A DNA stretch of 18,973 nucleotides from Octopus sinensis (lineage: Eukaryota), in the NCBI RefSeq assembly GCF_006345805.1, contig NW_021824380.1:1-18973 (forward strand), read 5' to 3'. A model generated the notes under the pieces. The model was given only the letters and a program-made list of their open reading frames with translations, did no database searches and was not told the origin of the DNA. This document shows positions 10,740 through 18,973 of this stretch, in pieces; position 1 is the stretch's first letter, and every line of letters begins with the position of its first letter. Position numbers and translations under genes: made by a program.

Positions 10740-10839
10740 CAAGGGTTATACAAACCCTGATACCGTCGGTATCTACATATCAAATTTGAGCGCAATCGGA
10801 TGGAGGATGCCCGAGATCCTAGAAGACACACACGAATTT

Positions 10840-10845
<6 letters not shown>
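10740..10845 (+). mobile_element. Possible 3' end of a non-autonomous Helitron/Helentron-like element
   Basis: Two adjacent hairpins (GGGTT-ATACA-AACCC 10743-10757; GATACCG-T-CGGTATC 10759-10773), then caaatttgagcgcaatcggatg...agaagacacacac...ttttatata. This recalls the AAATTT...ATCGG...ACA-repeat...TTTTATA ends of invertebrate Helitron-like repeats. Recalled resemblance only. Confidence 0.35.
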
Positions 10846-10870
<25 letters not shown>

Positions 10871-10872
<2 letters not shown>

Positions 10873-11226
10873 CTCTTTACTCTTTTACTCTTTTACTTGT
10901 TTCAGTCATTTGACTGCGGCCATGCTGGAGCACCGCCTTTAATCGAGCAACTCGACCCCGGGAGTTATTCTTTTTGTAAGCCCAGTACTTAGTCTTCGGT
11001 CTCTTTTTACGAACCGCTAAGTAACGGGGACATAACACACCACATCGGTTGTCAAGCAATGCTAGGGGACAAACACAGACACACAAACAAACACACATAC
11101 ATATATACATATATACGACAGGCTTCTTTCAGTTTCCGTCTACCAAATCCACTCACAAGGCATTGGTCGGCCCGGGGCTATAGCAGAAGACACTTGCCCA
11201 AGATGCCATGCAGTAGGACTGAACCC
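10871..11226 (-). mobile_element. SINE family B copy, lacking the 5'-most part of the tRNA head
   Basis: Reverse complement of 17170-17574 type: (TACTCTTT)n tail, ttgtttcagtcatttgactgcggccatgctggagcaccgcc, acttgcccaag (CORE-like), ends at B box ggactgaaccc. Confidence 0.92.
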
Positions 11227-11464
11227 AGTAAATGGAGAAAATGAGAAAAAATAGCGAATGAGTGAGAGGAGGAACAAGTTGATAAACGATGATAACGTGC
11301 CTTATTTCAGTTGAAATCACGGAAGCTATGGAAATTCAATATCGCCTCCAACAAAACAAGTTTCAAATGAAAGAACTTGACAAAATATAAAAATAAAAAC
11401 ATTAAAAAACAAACAAATATATCATGGAAAACGAGGGTGGGGAATACGCTATGTATGTTTTTTT

Positions 11465-11907
11465 TTTTATCTTTTATCTTTTGCTTGTTTCAGTTATTAG
11501 ACTGCGGTCATACAGGAGCACCGCCTTGAAGAGATTTTAGTCGAACTTGTCAATTTTTTAGTACTTATAATAATTTTTTTGTTAAGCCTAGTACCTATTC
11601 TATCGCGTTCATTTGTCGAACCGCAATGATACGGGACGTGGATACACGAATAACGGTTGTCAAGTGAGGAATGGACACATGCACAAAGACACACGCACAC
11701 AAACACACATACACGCATACACACATATTTATATAGGTGTGTATACACGTCGGGCTTCTTTCAATTTCCGGTTACCAAATCCACTCACTAGTTTTTGCTC
11801 AGCCCGAGGCTATAATACAACACACTTGCCCAAGGTGCCACACAGTAGAATTGAGCCCGGAACGATCTAGTTGGTAAGCAGACTTCTTATCACACAGCCA
11901 CGCTTGT
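11465..11907 (-). mobile_element. Full-length diverged SINE family B variant
   Basis: Tail cttttgcttgtttcagttattagactgcgg, acttgcccaaggtgcc, head cttcttatcacacagccacgc. Shares the gccttgaag..ttttagtcgaa variant segment with 6016-6313 and 7203-7606. Confidence 0.88.
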
Positions 11908-12189
11908 ATATCTATCTTAAATCGTTGTTTTACTGTCTGGAGTGATTCAGGATTTGTAACACTGCCTTTAGTGAGATGTAGTAAGTTAGTAAAAACGAAG
12001 GCAAAAAAAAAAAAAATAAATAAATCTTCGTTTCGCTTCACTACTCACTTTGGACAGCTGTCAAAGACTCACCCGTTGGCTATGTCTGTCTTGTCAAAAC
12101 AGATATAGAAATATGTTTACTTCTATTTAGTTTCTCCAGTAAATTTTTTGCTCGAATGCATTTCACATGTGCACCTCACAAAGAAATCT

Positions 12190-12408
12190 GCAGAGAAGAA
12201 AAAAACAAAAAAAAACAAACAAACAAACAACGAAAATCAAAAATAAGCAAACAAATAAATATATAAAACAAACACAAAATACAAACAAACAAACAAACAA
12301 CAATTTTATTATTGCAGAACAAAATAATAATAATAATAACAAAATAATAATAATAATAATGATAATAAATATATTAATAATAATAATAATAATAATATAA
12401 TAATAATA

Positions 12409-12443
<35 letters not shown>

Positions 12444-12630
12444 GTATAATAATAATAATAATAATAATGATGATGATGATAATAATAATAATATAATAAT
12501 AATAATTAATAGTAATAATAATAATCATAATGATGATGATGATAATAATAATAATAATAATAATAAAATACTAATAATATAATAATAATAATAATTATAT
12601 AATGATGATAATAATAATAATAATAATAAA
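12190..12630. repeat. (AAAC)n-rich tract followed by compound (AAT)n/(GAT)n microsatellite
   Basis: Direct reading. Confidence 0.96.
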
Positions 12631-12969
12631 CTAAATACAAGTTGTAGCAAAATCAAAGCAGCCGCAATGGTTGATATAGTTTCGGTTCGCAGTGAGTAGT
12701 AAAAATAATAACAAACAAGATTATTTTTACAAACGTATTTATTAATATTTCTCTGCCGGAGAGCCGGAGAGCAAATACCTTTCATCTCTAAATTCTTGCT
12801 ATTTATTTATTTATTTGCTTGATTTATTTGTATATTTTTAATTTTTCATAAATGATGAAAGAGTGTAAAATGTTTGTTTTTCAACTAATGTGTACACATG
12901 CAATGTAGCGTTGTGAGACCACTGCACACGCGCGCACGCACACACACACACACACACACATCTACACAC

Positions 12970-13003
<34 letters not shown>

Positions 13004-13004
13004 G

Positions 13005-13186
13005 TTTCTTTATTGCCCACAAGGGGCTAAACATAGAGAGGACAAACAGGGACAGACAAAGGAATTAAGTCGATTACATCGACCCCAGTGCGTAAAAGGT
13101 ACTTAATTTATCGACCCCGAAAGGATGAAAGGCAAAGTTGACCTCGGCGGAATTTGAACTCAGAACGTAACGGCAGACGAAATACC
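13005..13186 (-). mobile_element. SINE family A monomer lacking the A-box end (3' half of a tandem dimer)
   Basis: Contains B box (ggaatttgaactc = GAGTTCAAATTCC on minus) and gaccccgaaaggatgaaaggcaaagttgacc (Deu/Nin-domain-like CCTTTCATCCTTTCGGGGTCGATAAA on minus). Stops at gacgaaatacc. Confidence 0.92.
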
Positions 13187-13404
13187 TATTTCTTTACTAC
13201 ACACAAGAGGCTAAACACAGAGGGGACAAACAAGGACAGACAGGCGGATTAAGTCGATTATATCAACCCCAGTGCGTAATTGGTACTTAATTTATCGACC
13301 CCGAAAAGATGAAAGGCAAAGTCGACCCCGGCGGAATTTGAACTCAGACGAAATACGGCTATGCATTTCGCCCGTCGTGCTAACATTTCTGCCAGCTCGC
13401 TGCC
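13187..13404 (-). mobile_element. Full-length SINE family A monomer (tRNA head plus Deu/Nin-like domain)
   Basis: On minus: GGCAGCGAGCTGGCAGAAATGTTAGC (A box), GAGTTCAAATTCC (B box), central domain, tail ...tgtgtagtaaagaaata. Confidence 0.93.
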
Positions 13405-13405
13405 C

Positions 13406-13431
13406 TATATATATATATTTATTTATATATA

Positions 13432-13499
<68 letters not shown>

Positions 13500-13507
13500 A
13501 TATATAT
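13406..13507. repeat. (TA)n microsatellite at the PLE 5' junction
   Basis: Direct reading. Confidence 0.98.
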
Positions 13508-15063
13508 GCGAAAACCCACCGCCTCAGTAACTTTTTAGACACCCTGTTTAAACCACTCCTCAAACATGTCAAAATCTTATAAGGGACGACTTAGATATGC
13601 TCAATCACCTACCGAATACTATAAACCAAAACACCATACTGGTATCCTTCGAGTAGTCACCTCAACTACTCCATATCCCCCACAACCTAGGACTAGAGGC
13701 AATCCAATTCTGGCTAGAGAAATCACGCCAACGACTACCACCCAGCGCATCAAAAAAGAATTTGTGATAGAAGGGGTTAAATTATCATCCTGGAAAATAC
13801 TTCTTCGCCTTCAATGACAACTTCTACCGACAAAAATCGGGGACTGCGATGGGTACACGAATGGCCCCCTCCTTTGCCAACCTAGTCATAGGATACCTAG
13901 AGATCAGTCTGTATCGTAAGGTTCTAGAAAGATATGGCAGCCCTTTCTCCATCTACATAGAAAACAACTCGAAGAGATATCTAGATGACTGTTTTCATCC
14001 TTTGGCATAAAAATATAGAAAAACTCATAGAATTCCAGAAAATTTTAAACGGACTGGACGTAAACATCCAATTCACGATGGAATATAGCCAACAACAACT
14101 CCCCTTCCTCGATATCCTCATTAAGAAAGCTAATAATATAATAGAAACAGACATATACTATAAGCCTACAGACTCTAAGCAATATCTTCCATTCAATTCA
14201 TGCACCCAGACACACACACCAGGATGAATATCCCCTTCAATCTAGCAAAAAGGATATGCACTATAGTCTCTAACGCAAACACCAGAGACACACCGACTAC
14301 AAGAACTAAAAGATACCCTAATCACCAGGAACTATCCACCTTCACTTATTGACAAATGCATTCAACGTGCCCTTCAACTTAACATCAAGGAACTGAGACA
14401 TCCCAAATCAAAGAAAAAACTTACAACCAAAAGCCTTACCATACATCTCCACACACACCCTCTCAATAACGAAGCCTTCGACACCATCCCACAACATACC
14501 CCTCCTAAAAAAGACCACAGAATGAACACAATCCTCCAAACACACACACACGATCATAAAAAGCAAAAGACAGCCTAGATCCATGAAAAGTCTCCTTACA
14601 CAAGCCCGAATTCACTCTTCAACACAGAAGCCGACAGTAAAAAATGTGGAAGACCCAATTGCGGGATATGCGACTATCTAATCGAGGGTTCTGAGTTCTC
14701 CTTCAAACAGGGACAACGTTTTACAGTGAAAAGCAACTTCACATGTGCTTCGGAGAACCTATATACTAACTAACCTGCTCCGGTGTCAAGAGCAGTACAT
14801 AGGCCAACAAAAATGGTTTGCGTAAACGAATGGCCCTGCACAGATCCCAGATAAAAATTCCCCAAAACAGAAAAATAGCTTTTAGCCAACACATAGATAC
14901 TTGCGCCAACAAAAAAACACCAAACTTCAGAATTTTCCCCCTCTACCAATTTAGGGACGATACAACCTCGAGACAACGAATAAGTAAAGAAAATCTCTTT
15001 ATTACAAAATACAAGCCACTTCTTACGGGTCTACCACAAACAATTAATATACCTCAACTTTAG
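13508..15063 (+). pseudogene. Frameshifted PLE reverse transcriptase plus GIY-YIG endonuclease
   Basis: LSNFLDTLFKPLLKHV; QKSGTAMGTRMAPSFANLVIGYLE (from 13831); RYLDDC (13975-13992); IQFTME..QLPFLDI..ETDIYYKPTDSKQYLPFNSC; CGRPNCGICDYL linker (from 14645); NL(I)Y*LTCSG..EQYIGQ (YIG at 14796-14804); RKRMALHRSQI; KENLFITKYKPLL. Many 1-bp indels. Confidence 0.93.
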
Positions 15064-15171
15064 AATAAAAGAAAAAATATATATACACACACAAATACTA
15101 CACTCCATAGAATCCATTACTATCAGCCCCTTCATAGCTATATTTACACCCATTCATATTCTCCCTTCTCT

Positions 15172-15425
15172 GTGTTTTTTCTTCTTCTTCTTCTTCCTCT
15201 TCTTCTTCATCATCATCGTTATCATCATCATCGGCATCATCATCATCGCCACCATCATCACCACCATCTTCTCCTTCTCCTCCTTCTTCTTCTTCTTCTT
15301 CATCATCATCGTTATCATCATCATCGTCGTCATAATCATCACCACCATCACCATCATCGTCATCTTCTCCTTCTCCTTCTTCTTCTTCTTCTTCTTCTTC
15401 TTCTTCTCTTCTTCTTCTTCTTCTC
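15172..15425. repeat. Compound (CTT)n/(CAT)n microsatellite with a roughly 90-bp higher-order duplication, inside the PLE 3' region
   Basis: The block cttcttcatcatcatcgttatcatcatcatcg...caccaccatc...ttctccttctcc occurs twice in tandem (about 15200-15290 and 15291-15380). Confidence 0.9.
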
Positions 15426-15767
15426 ACCCCCTACCCCTTAAGTTTGTCACTAATGTTTTTTAGTATAACACCTACGCTAATTCTATAAACAAGCCTGTCA
15501 ATATAAATATCTCCTGAATTGAACTGAGACTGCCAGCCGCCACTGACCATTCAAAATACGACCATCAGGCACTCCCAGATTCTCCCACCCCCTTTCCTCA
15601 CCAGCCTTCCCTCTACTACCCTACCAAGAACTCACAACTACCTCGAACACACAAGTGCAAACAAGGGAGTCAGAGAAAGGCAGAATGCCACTTAAATCTG
15701 AACACTACTATAGAAATATTCTTTTAAAAAAACTTTTCTTCTAATTTTTCTAAATTTAATTATTTAA

Positions 15768-15816
15768 TCGTTACAGTTGAAAAGGTCTCAAAATGACCGA
15801 AACCGGTACTGAAATG
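15768..15816 (+). ncRNA. Minimal type I hammerhead ribozyme motif with U3-A8 core variant
   Basis: Stem I CAG (15774-15776)/CTG (15809-15811), extendable; core TTGAAAA (15777-15783); stem II GGTC/GACC with loop TCAAAAT; GAAA (15799-15802); palindromic stem III ACCGGT (15802-15807); predicted cleavage after GUA at 15808. Confidence 0.75.
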
Positions 15817-15916
15817 TTCACTATAAAATTATTTTAGCATTTTCTATTTTTTACTTGGTTTTTTCATATATATATATATATATATAAGCGAGAAAGAAGC
15901 AACAAGAATGGATAGG

Positions 15917-16004
15917 TTTTAGTACGATCTTTCATACAAGGACAGTTTTATTAAAAGTTGCAAAGATTACAGCATATAAACGAGTCCCGTACTCATCACT
16001 AAAA
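15917..16004 (-). ncRNA. Antisense copy of the hammerhead motif, defective as assembled
   Basis: On minus: TTTTAG-TGATGA-GTACGGGAC...GTCCTTGTAT-GAAA-GATCGT-A-CTAAAA. It lacks C3 and one stem III C relative to the right-arm copy. Confidence 0.6.
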
Positions 16005-16162
16005 TACATGTAATTCTCTAGACATCCTAGTGTTTGAGGCTATACTCATGAAGTATACCTATACTTCATGAGTAACCTCAAACACTAGGATGTCTAGAGA
16101 ACTTACATGTACTTCATGAGTATAGCCTCAAACACTAGGATTGTCTAGAGAACTTACATGTA

Positions 16163-16251
16163 TTTTAGCTGATGAGTACGGACTCGTTTATATGCTGTAA
16201 TCTTTGCAACTTTTAATAAAACCTGTCCTGTATGAAACGATCGTACTAAAA
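16163..16251 (+). ncRNA. Type I hammerhead ribozyme, canonical core, extended stem II
   Basis: Stem I TTTTAG (16163-16168)/CTAAAA (16246-16251); CTGATGA (16169-16175); stem II GTACGGAC (16176-16183)/GTCCTGTAT (16225-16233); GAAA (16234-16237); palindromic stem III ACGATCGT (16237-16244); predicted cleavage after GUA at 16245. Confidence 0.85.
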
Positions 16252-16399
16252 ACCTATCCATTCTTGTTGCTTCTTTCTCGCTTATAATCACCCCACATTA
16301 CTGTATTGTTAAATCAGTATAGTTTTTTTTGGTGCATCTAAGTTAGGTACCATATTCAAGTAAATTTTTAAAAATTAACTTGAATCTTTATTGCTCTTT

Positions 16400-16625
16400 G
16401 TATATATTATATTATATAATTATATTATATATATATATATATAATATATAAATATATATATATATATAATTATGTATGTATGTATGTATGTATGTATGTA
16501 TGTATGTATATATATACACACACACATATGCAAGCCCTTCCACACGCACACACACACACATGGATGAAGTCACGCACACTAACATATAAATATGCGCACG
16601 ACCACACATACACACACATGCACGT
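16400..16625. repeat. (TA)n, (TATG)n and (CA)n low-complexity cluster
   Basis: Direct reading. Confidence 0.93.
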
Positions 16626-17169
16626 ACAGACTTAATAGTATTAAGCAACCCGGCGAAAATGCACGCACAAACACACATATACATAAGCCATGTCTTATGT
16701 CCACGCTACAATATTTACTCTCATCTTACTCGGATATGCTGTATCTGTATGTATTAGAATCAACTCTCCACATCCTTCTCCTCTTTCACCAGTGTGTATA
16801 CAAACATGTTTTCCAATTACTTGGCCTCAAAGTCATTACAATCTCATATAATTTCTAAGGTGTACTCAGGCGGATAAAGTCTCTATAATGCTGCGCGCTT
16901 TGCATCCCGAGCTATACTACACACACTAGCTAATCTCCTCCCGAAATTTTCTGTTTCCATTGCACTAGGCCCATAATCGTTTCAAGCAATATTCCTCGTA
17001 CAACTCCCGAACAATGTGCTCCACAAATTATCCTGTTCTCACCAAATTCTTCTGCTTCTCTCTCTCTTCCCTCTATCTCTCTCTTCCCTCCTCCTCTCCT
17101 CTCCCCTCCCCTTCCCATCTCTCTCCTATACACCCATTACACACACACATACACACACATATAGATATA

Positions 17170-17574
17170 GGTGCAGGATGCGTGTGGTTAGTAGCTTGCT
17201 TACCAACCACATGGTTCTGGGTTCAGTTCCCACTGCGTGGCACCTTGGGCAAGTGTCTTCCGCCATAGCCACGTGCCGACCAAAGCTTTGAGGGTGGATT
17301 TGGTAGATGGAAACTGAAAGAATCCCGTCGTATATATGTATATATATGTGTATGTGTGTGTATATGTTTCTGTGTTTGTGTTTGTGCCCCCCCCCCAACA
17401 TTGCTTGACAACCGATCCTGGTGTGTTTACGTCCCCGTAGCTTAGCGGTTTGGCAAAGTGACCAGAGAGAAGAAGTGCTAGGCTTACAAAGAATAAGACC
17501 TGGGGTCGATTTGCTCGACTAAAGACGGTGCTCCAGCATGGCCGCAGGCAAATGACTGAACAAGTAAAAGAGTA
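17170..17574 (+). mobile_element. Full-length tRNA-derived SINE family B (CORE-like; resembles octopus OR-type SINEs)
   Basis: Head ggtgcaggatgcgtgtggttagtagc, B-box-like GGTTCAGTTCCC, CCTTGGGCAAGT (17243-17254, CORE-like), internal (TA/TG)n, tail aatgactgaacaagtaaaagagta, TA-rich flanks. Confidence 0.92.
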
Positions 17575-18493
17575 TATATATAATATATTATAATTTTGCT
17601 GGTTCTTCCGTTACTTAACCCGTCCATAACGCTCCCACGTGATTACTTGAAAGGGGATGCGTAGAGAGAGGAGTGGACAAGTGGGAGAAGGAGGAGAGAA
17701 GGAGGGTGAGGGGAGGAGAGATATGGGAAAGGTGAGGGGAGATATAGAGGAAGGGAGCGGGAGGTGGTGATGAGTGAAAGGTGTAATTATTTTAAGTAAG
17801 ATTTTTCTCTCCGTTACTCGGCCCGTCTGTAACGTTTAGTTGAAGGGAAATTCGAAGAGCAAAATTAAAAAGGGCGAGAAAAAAGAGGTAAGGCGAAAAG
17901 GGAGAAGGAAAGAGGGAGAGTGCTGTGTATTAAGTCTATAAAATTATGCATAAAGCAAATAAAGTGTATATATACATACATCATAACATATATATATATA
18001 TATAAAGTGCGTTAAATAATTATCGCATCCAATTCCTCTACTTTTCAATGAATAGCAGTGAGCGACTATCTTTTGATACAGACAAAACACAGGCTACAAT
18101 TTCAGGTTTTTGGGATCAAGTTTTCAGAAATAACCCAATGTGTAATAAAATAACATAAGGCATATCTTTGCAAATCAATTTTATCTCAAAAATTGAACAA
18201 TACCGCTTATTTTTTTAAGTTGGACGAGAACGTTAGGTATGGTTTTAGATGTAACCCCACAAATTTTTTACTTTTTATAAGCAATCAATTACTCTTTTCT
18301 ACTTTCAACTGAATTTTGTTGAGAATATCTTCAGAAAATTGAGTAATCACCAGTTATTTATTTGCTTTATTTTCACTTTTTTGCTCACTTAAAGTAACTG
18401 CCTTTTCCTTGTAGTTTTTCATGTCAGCGGGTTTATTGCACGAAAAACAACCGTAAGAACAAATTTGACCGCGAATGCTCGTGATTGATTACA

Positions 18494-18717
18494 TATTTCT
18501 TTACTACCCACAAGGGGCTAAACACAGAGAGGACAAACAAGGACAGACAAACAGATTAAGTCGATTATATCGACCCCAGTGCGTAACTGGTACTTATTTA
18601 ATCGACCCCGAAAGGATGAAAGGCAAAGTCGACCTCGGCGGAATTTGAACTCAGAACGAAATACGGCAGACGAAATACGGCTACGCATTTCGCCCAGCGT
18701 GCTAACGTTTCTGCCAG
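18494..18717 (-). mobile_element. SINE family A monomer
   Basis: Near-identical to 13187-13404: B box ggaatttgaactc, A-box region gctaacgtttctgccag, central cccgaaaggatgaaaggcaaagtcgacc. Confidence 0.93.
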
Positions 18718-18973
18718 TTAGAGTGATATCAAATTTTTTAGCTGCTTACAAACGCAGAAATGAGTTCAGTTTTGTTCGTGGTCTAATATTTAAATTAAAA
18801 AGGAGACTGTATTTACAATAGCAGCATTATTTCCATATATTGTTTATTTAAAGTGAAACGTATAAATGAATTGTTAGAACGTAGGTAATGAACAGGATGG
18901 CTAAAGAAACAGGACAAAAAGATTACAAAATAGCGATTCTCACTTTGAAAATGACAATTTTGAAAATCTATTT

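Larger units (their letters stand above)
13508..15866 (+). mobile_element. 5'-truncated Penelope-like retroelement (Neptune-like) with long 3' UTR, flanked by (TA)n
   Basis: RT and GIY-YIG pseudo-ORF to about 15040; C/T-rich 3' region with a hammerhead motif at 15768-15816; (TA)n on both sides. The 3' boundary is inferred from the TA junction. Confidence 0.88.
15883..16286. repeat. 404-bp palindrome (about 170-bp inverted arms) with an internal roughly 50-bp tandem duplication
   Basis: 15883-16057 is the reverse complement of the right arm, with centre gaagtata-CC-tatacttc. The unit cttcatgagtatagcctcaaacactaggatgtctagagaacttacatgta occurs at 16064-16111 and 16112-16162. Confidence 0.97.

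Noticed and set aside
11313-11390. Possible plus-strand terminal exon EITEAMEIQYRLQQNKFQMKELDKI*
   Set aside because: Good acceptor but no recognisable homology or supported upstream partner exon.
15098-15441. Acidic poly-E/D, poly-H and poly-M ORFs
   Set aside because: All are translations of the CTT/CAT compound microsatellite.
16064-16162. Repeat array as CRISPR-like
   Set aside because: Only two contiguous units with no spacers, in eukaryotic repeat context.
18290-18345. CTGAAGA on minus followed by TCAAC...GTTGA hairpin and AAAG
   Set aside because: The stem overlaps the GAAA and is offset from the core; geometry does not fit a hammerhead.
13005-18717. tRNA-like A/B boxes
   Set aside because: They belong to SINE heads; no complete cloverleaf tRNA gene is seen.

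Overview
AT-rich, repeat-dominated eukaryotic DNA. The SINE families and dense (TA)n, (TATC)n and (AAT)n arrays resemble an octopus/cephalopod genome (recognised from memory, not from a database search). Nearly all ORF-track entries are microsatellite or SINE artefacts. Supportable content: a 5'-truncated, frameshifted Penelope-like retroelement (PLE; RT plus GIY-YIG, 13508-15866) set in (TA)n; an internally deleted PLE remnant (about 15-611, minus); a 213-bp mariner deletion derivative; two tRNA-derived SINE families; two copies of an unclassified 159-bp repeat; and a low-confidence chain of phase-compatible exons on the minus strand (about 2989-5369). The most notable signal is a cluster of type I hammerhead ribozyme motifs. 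One lies in the PLE 3' region and has a U3-A8 core instead of C3-G8. Two more form the arms of a 404-bp head-to-head palindrome (15883-16286). A weaker one lies at about 8670. Many differences here are 1-bp indels, so assembly error is a real caveat.
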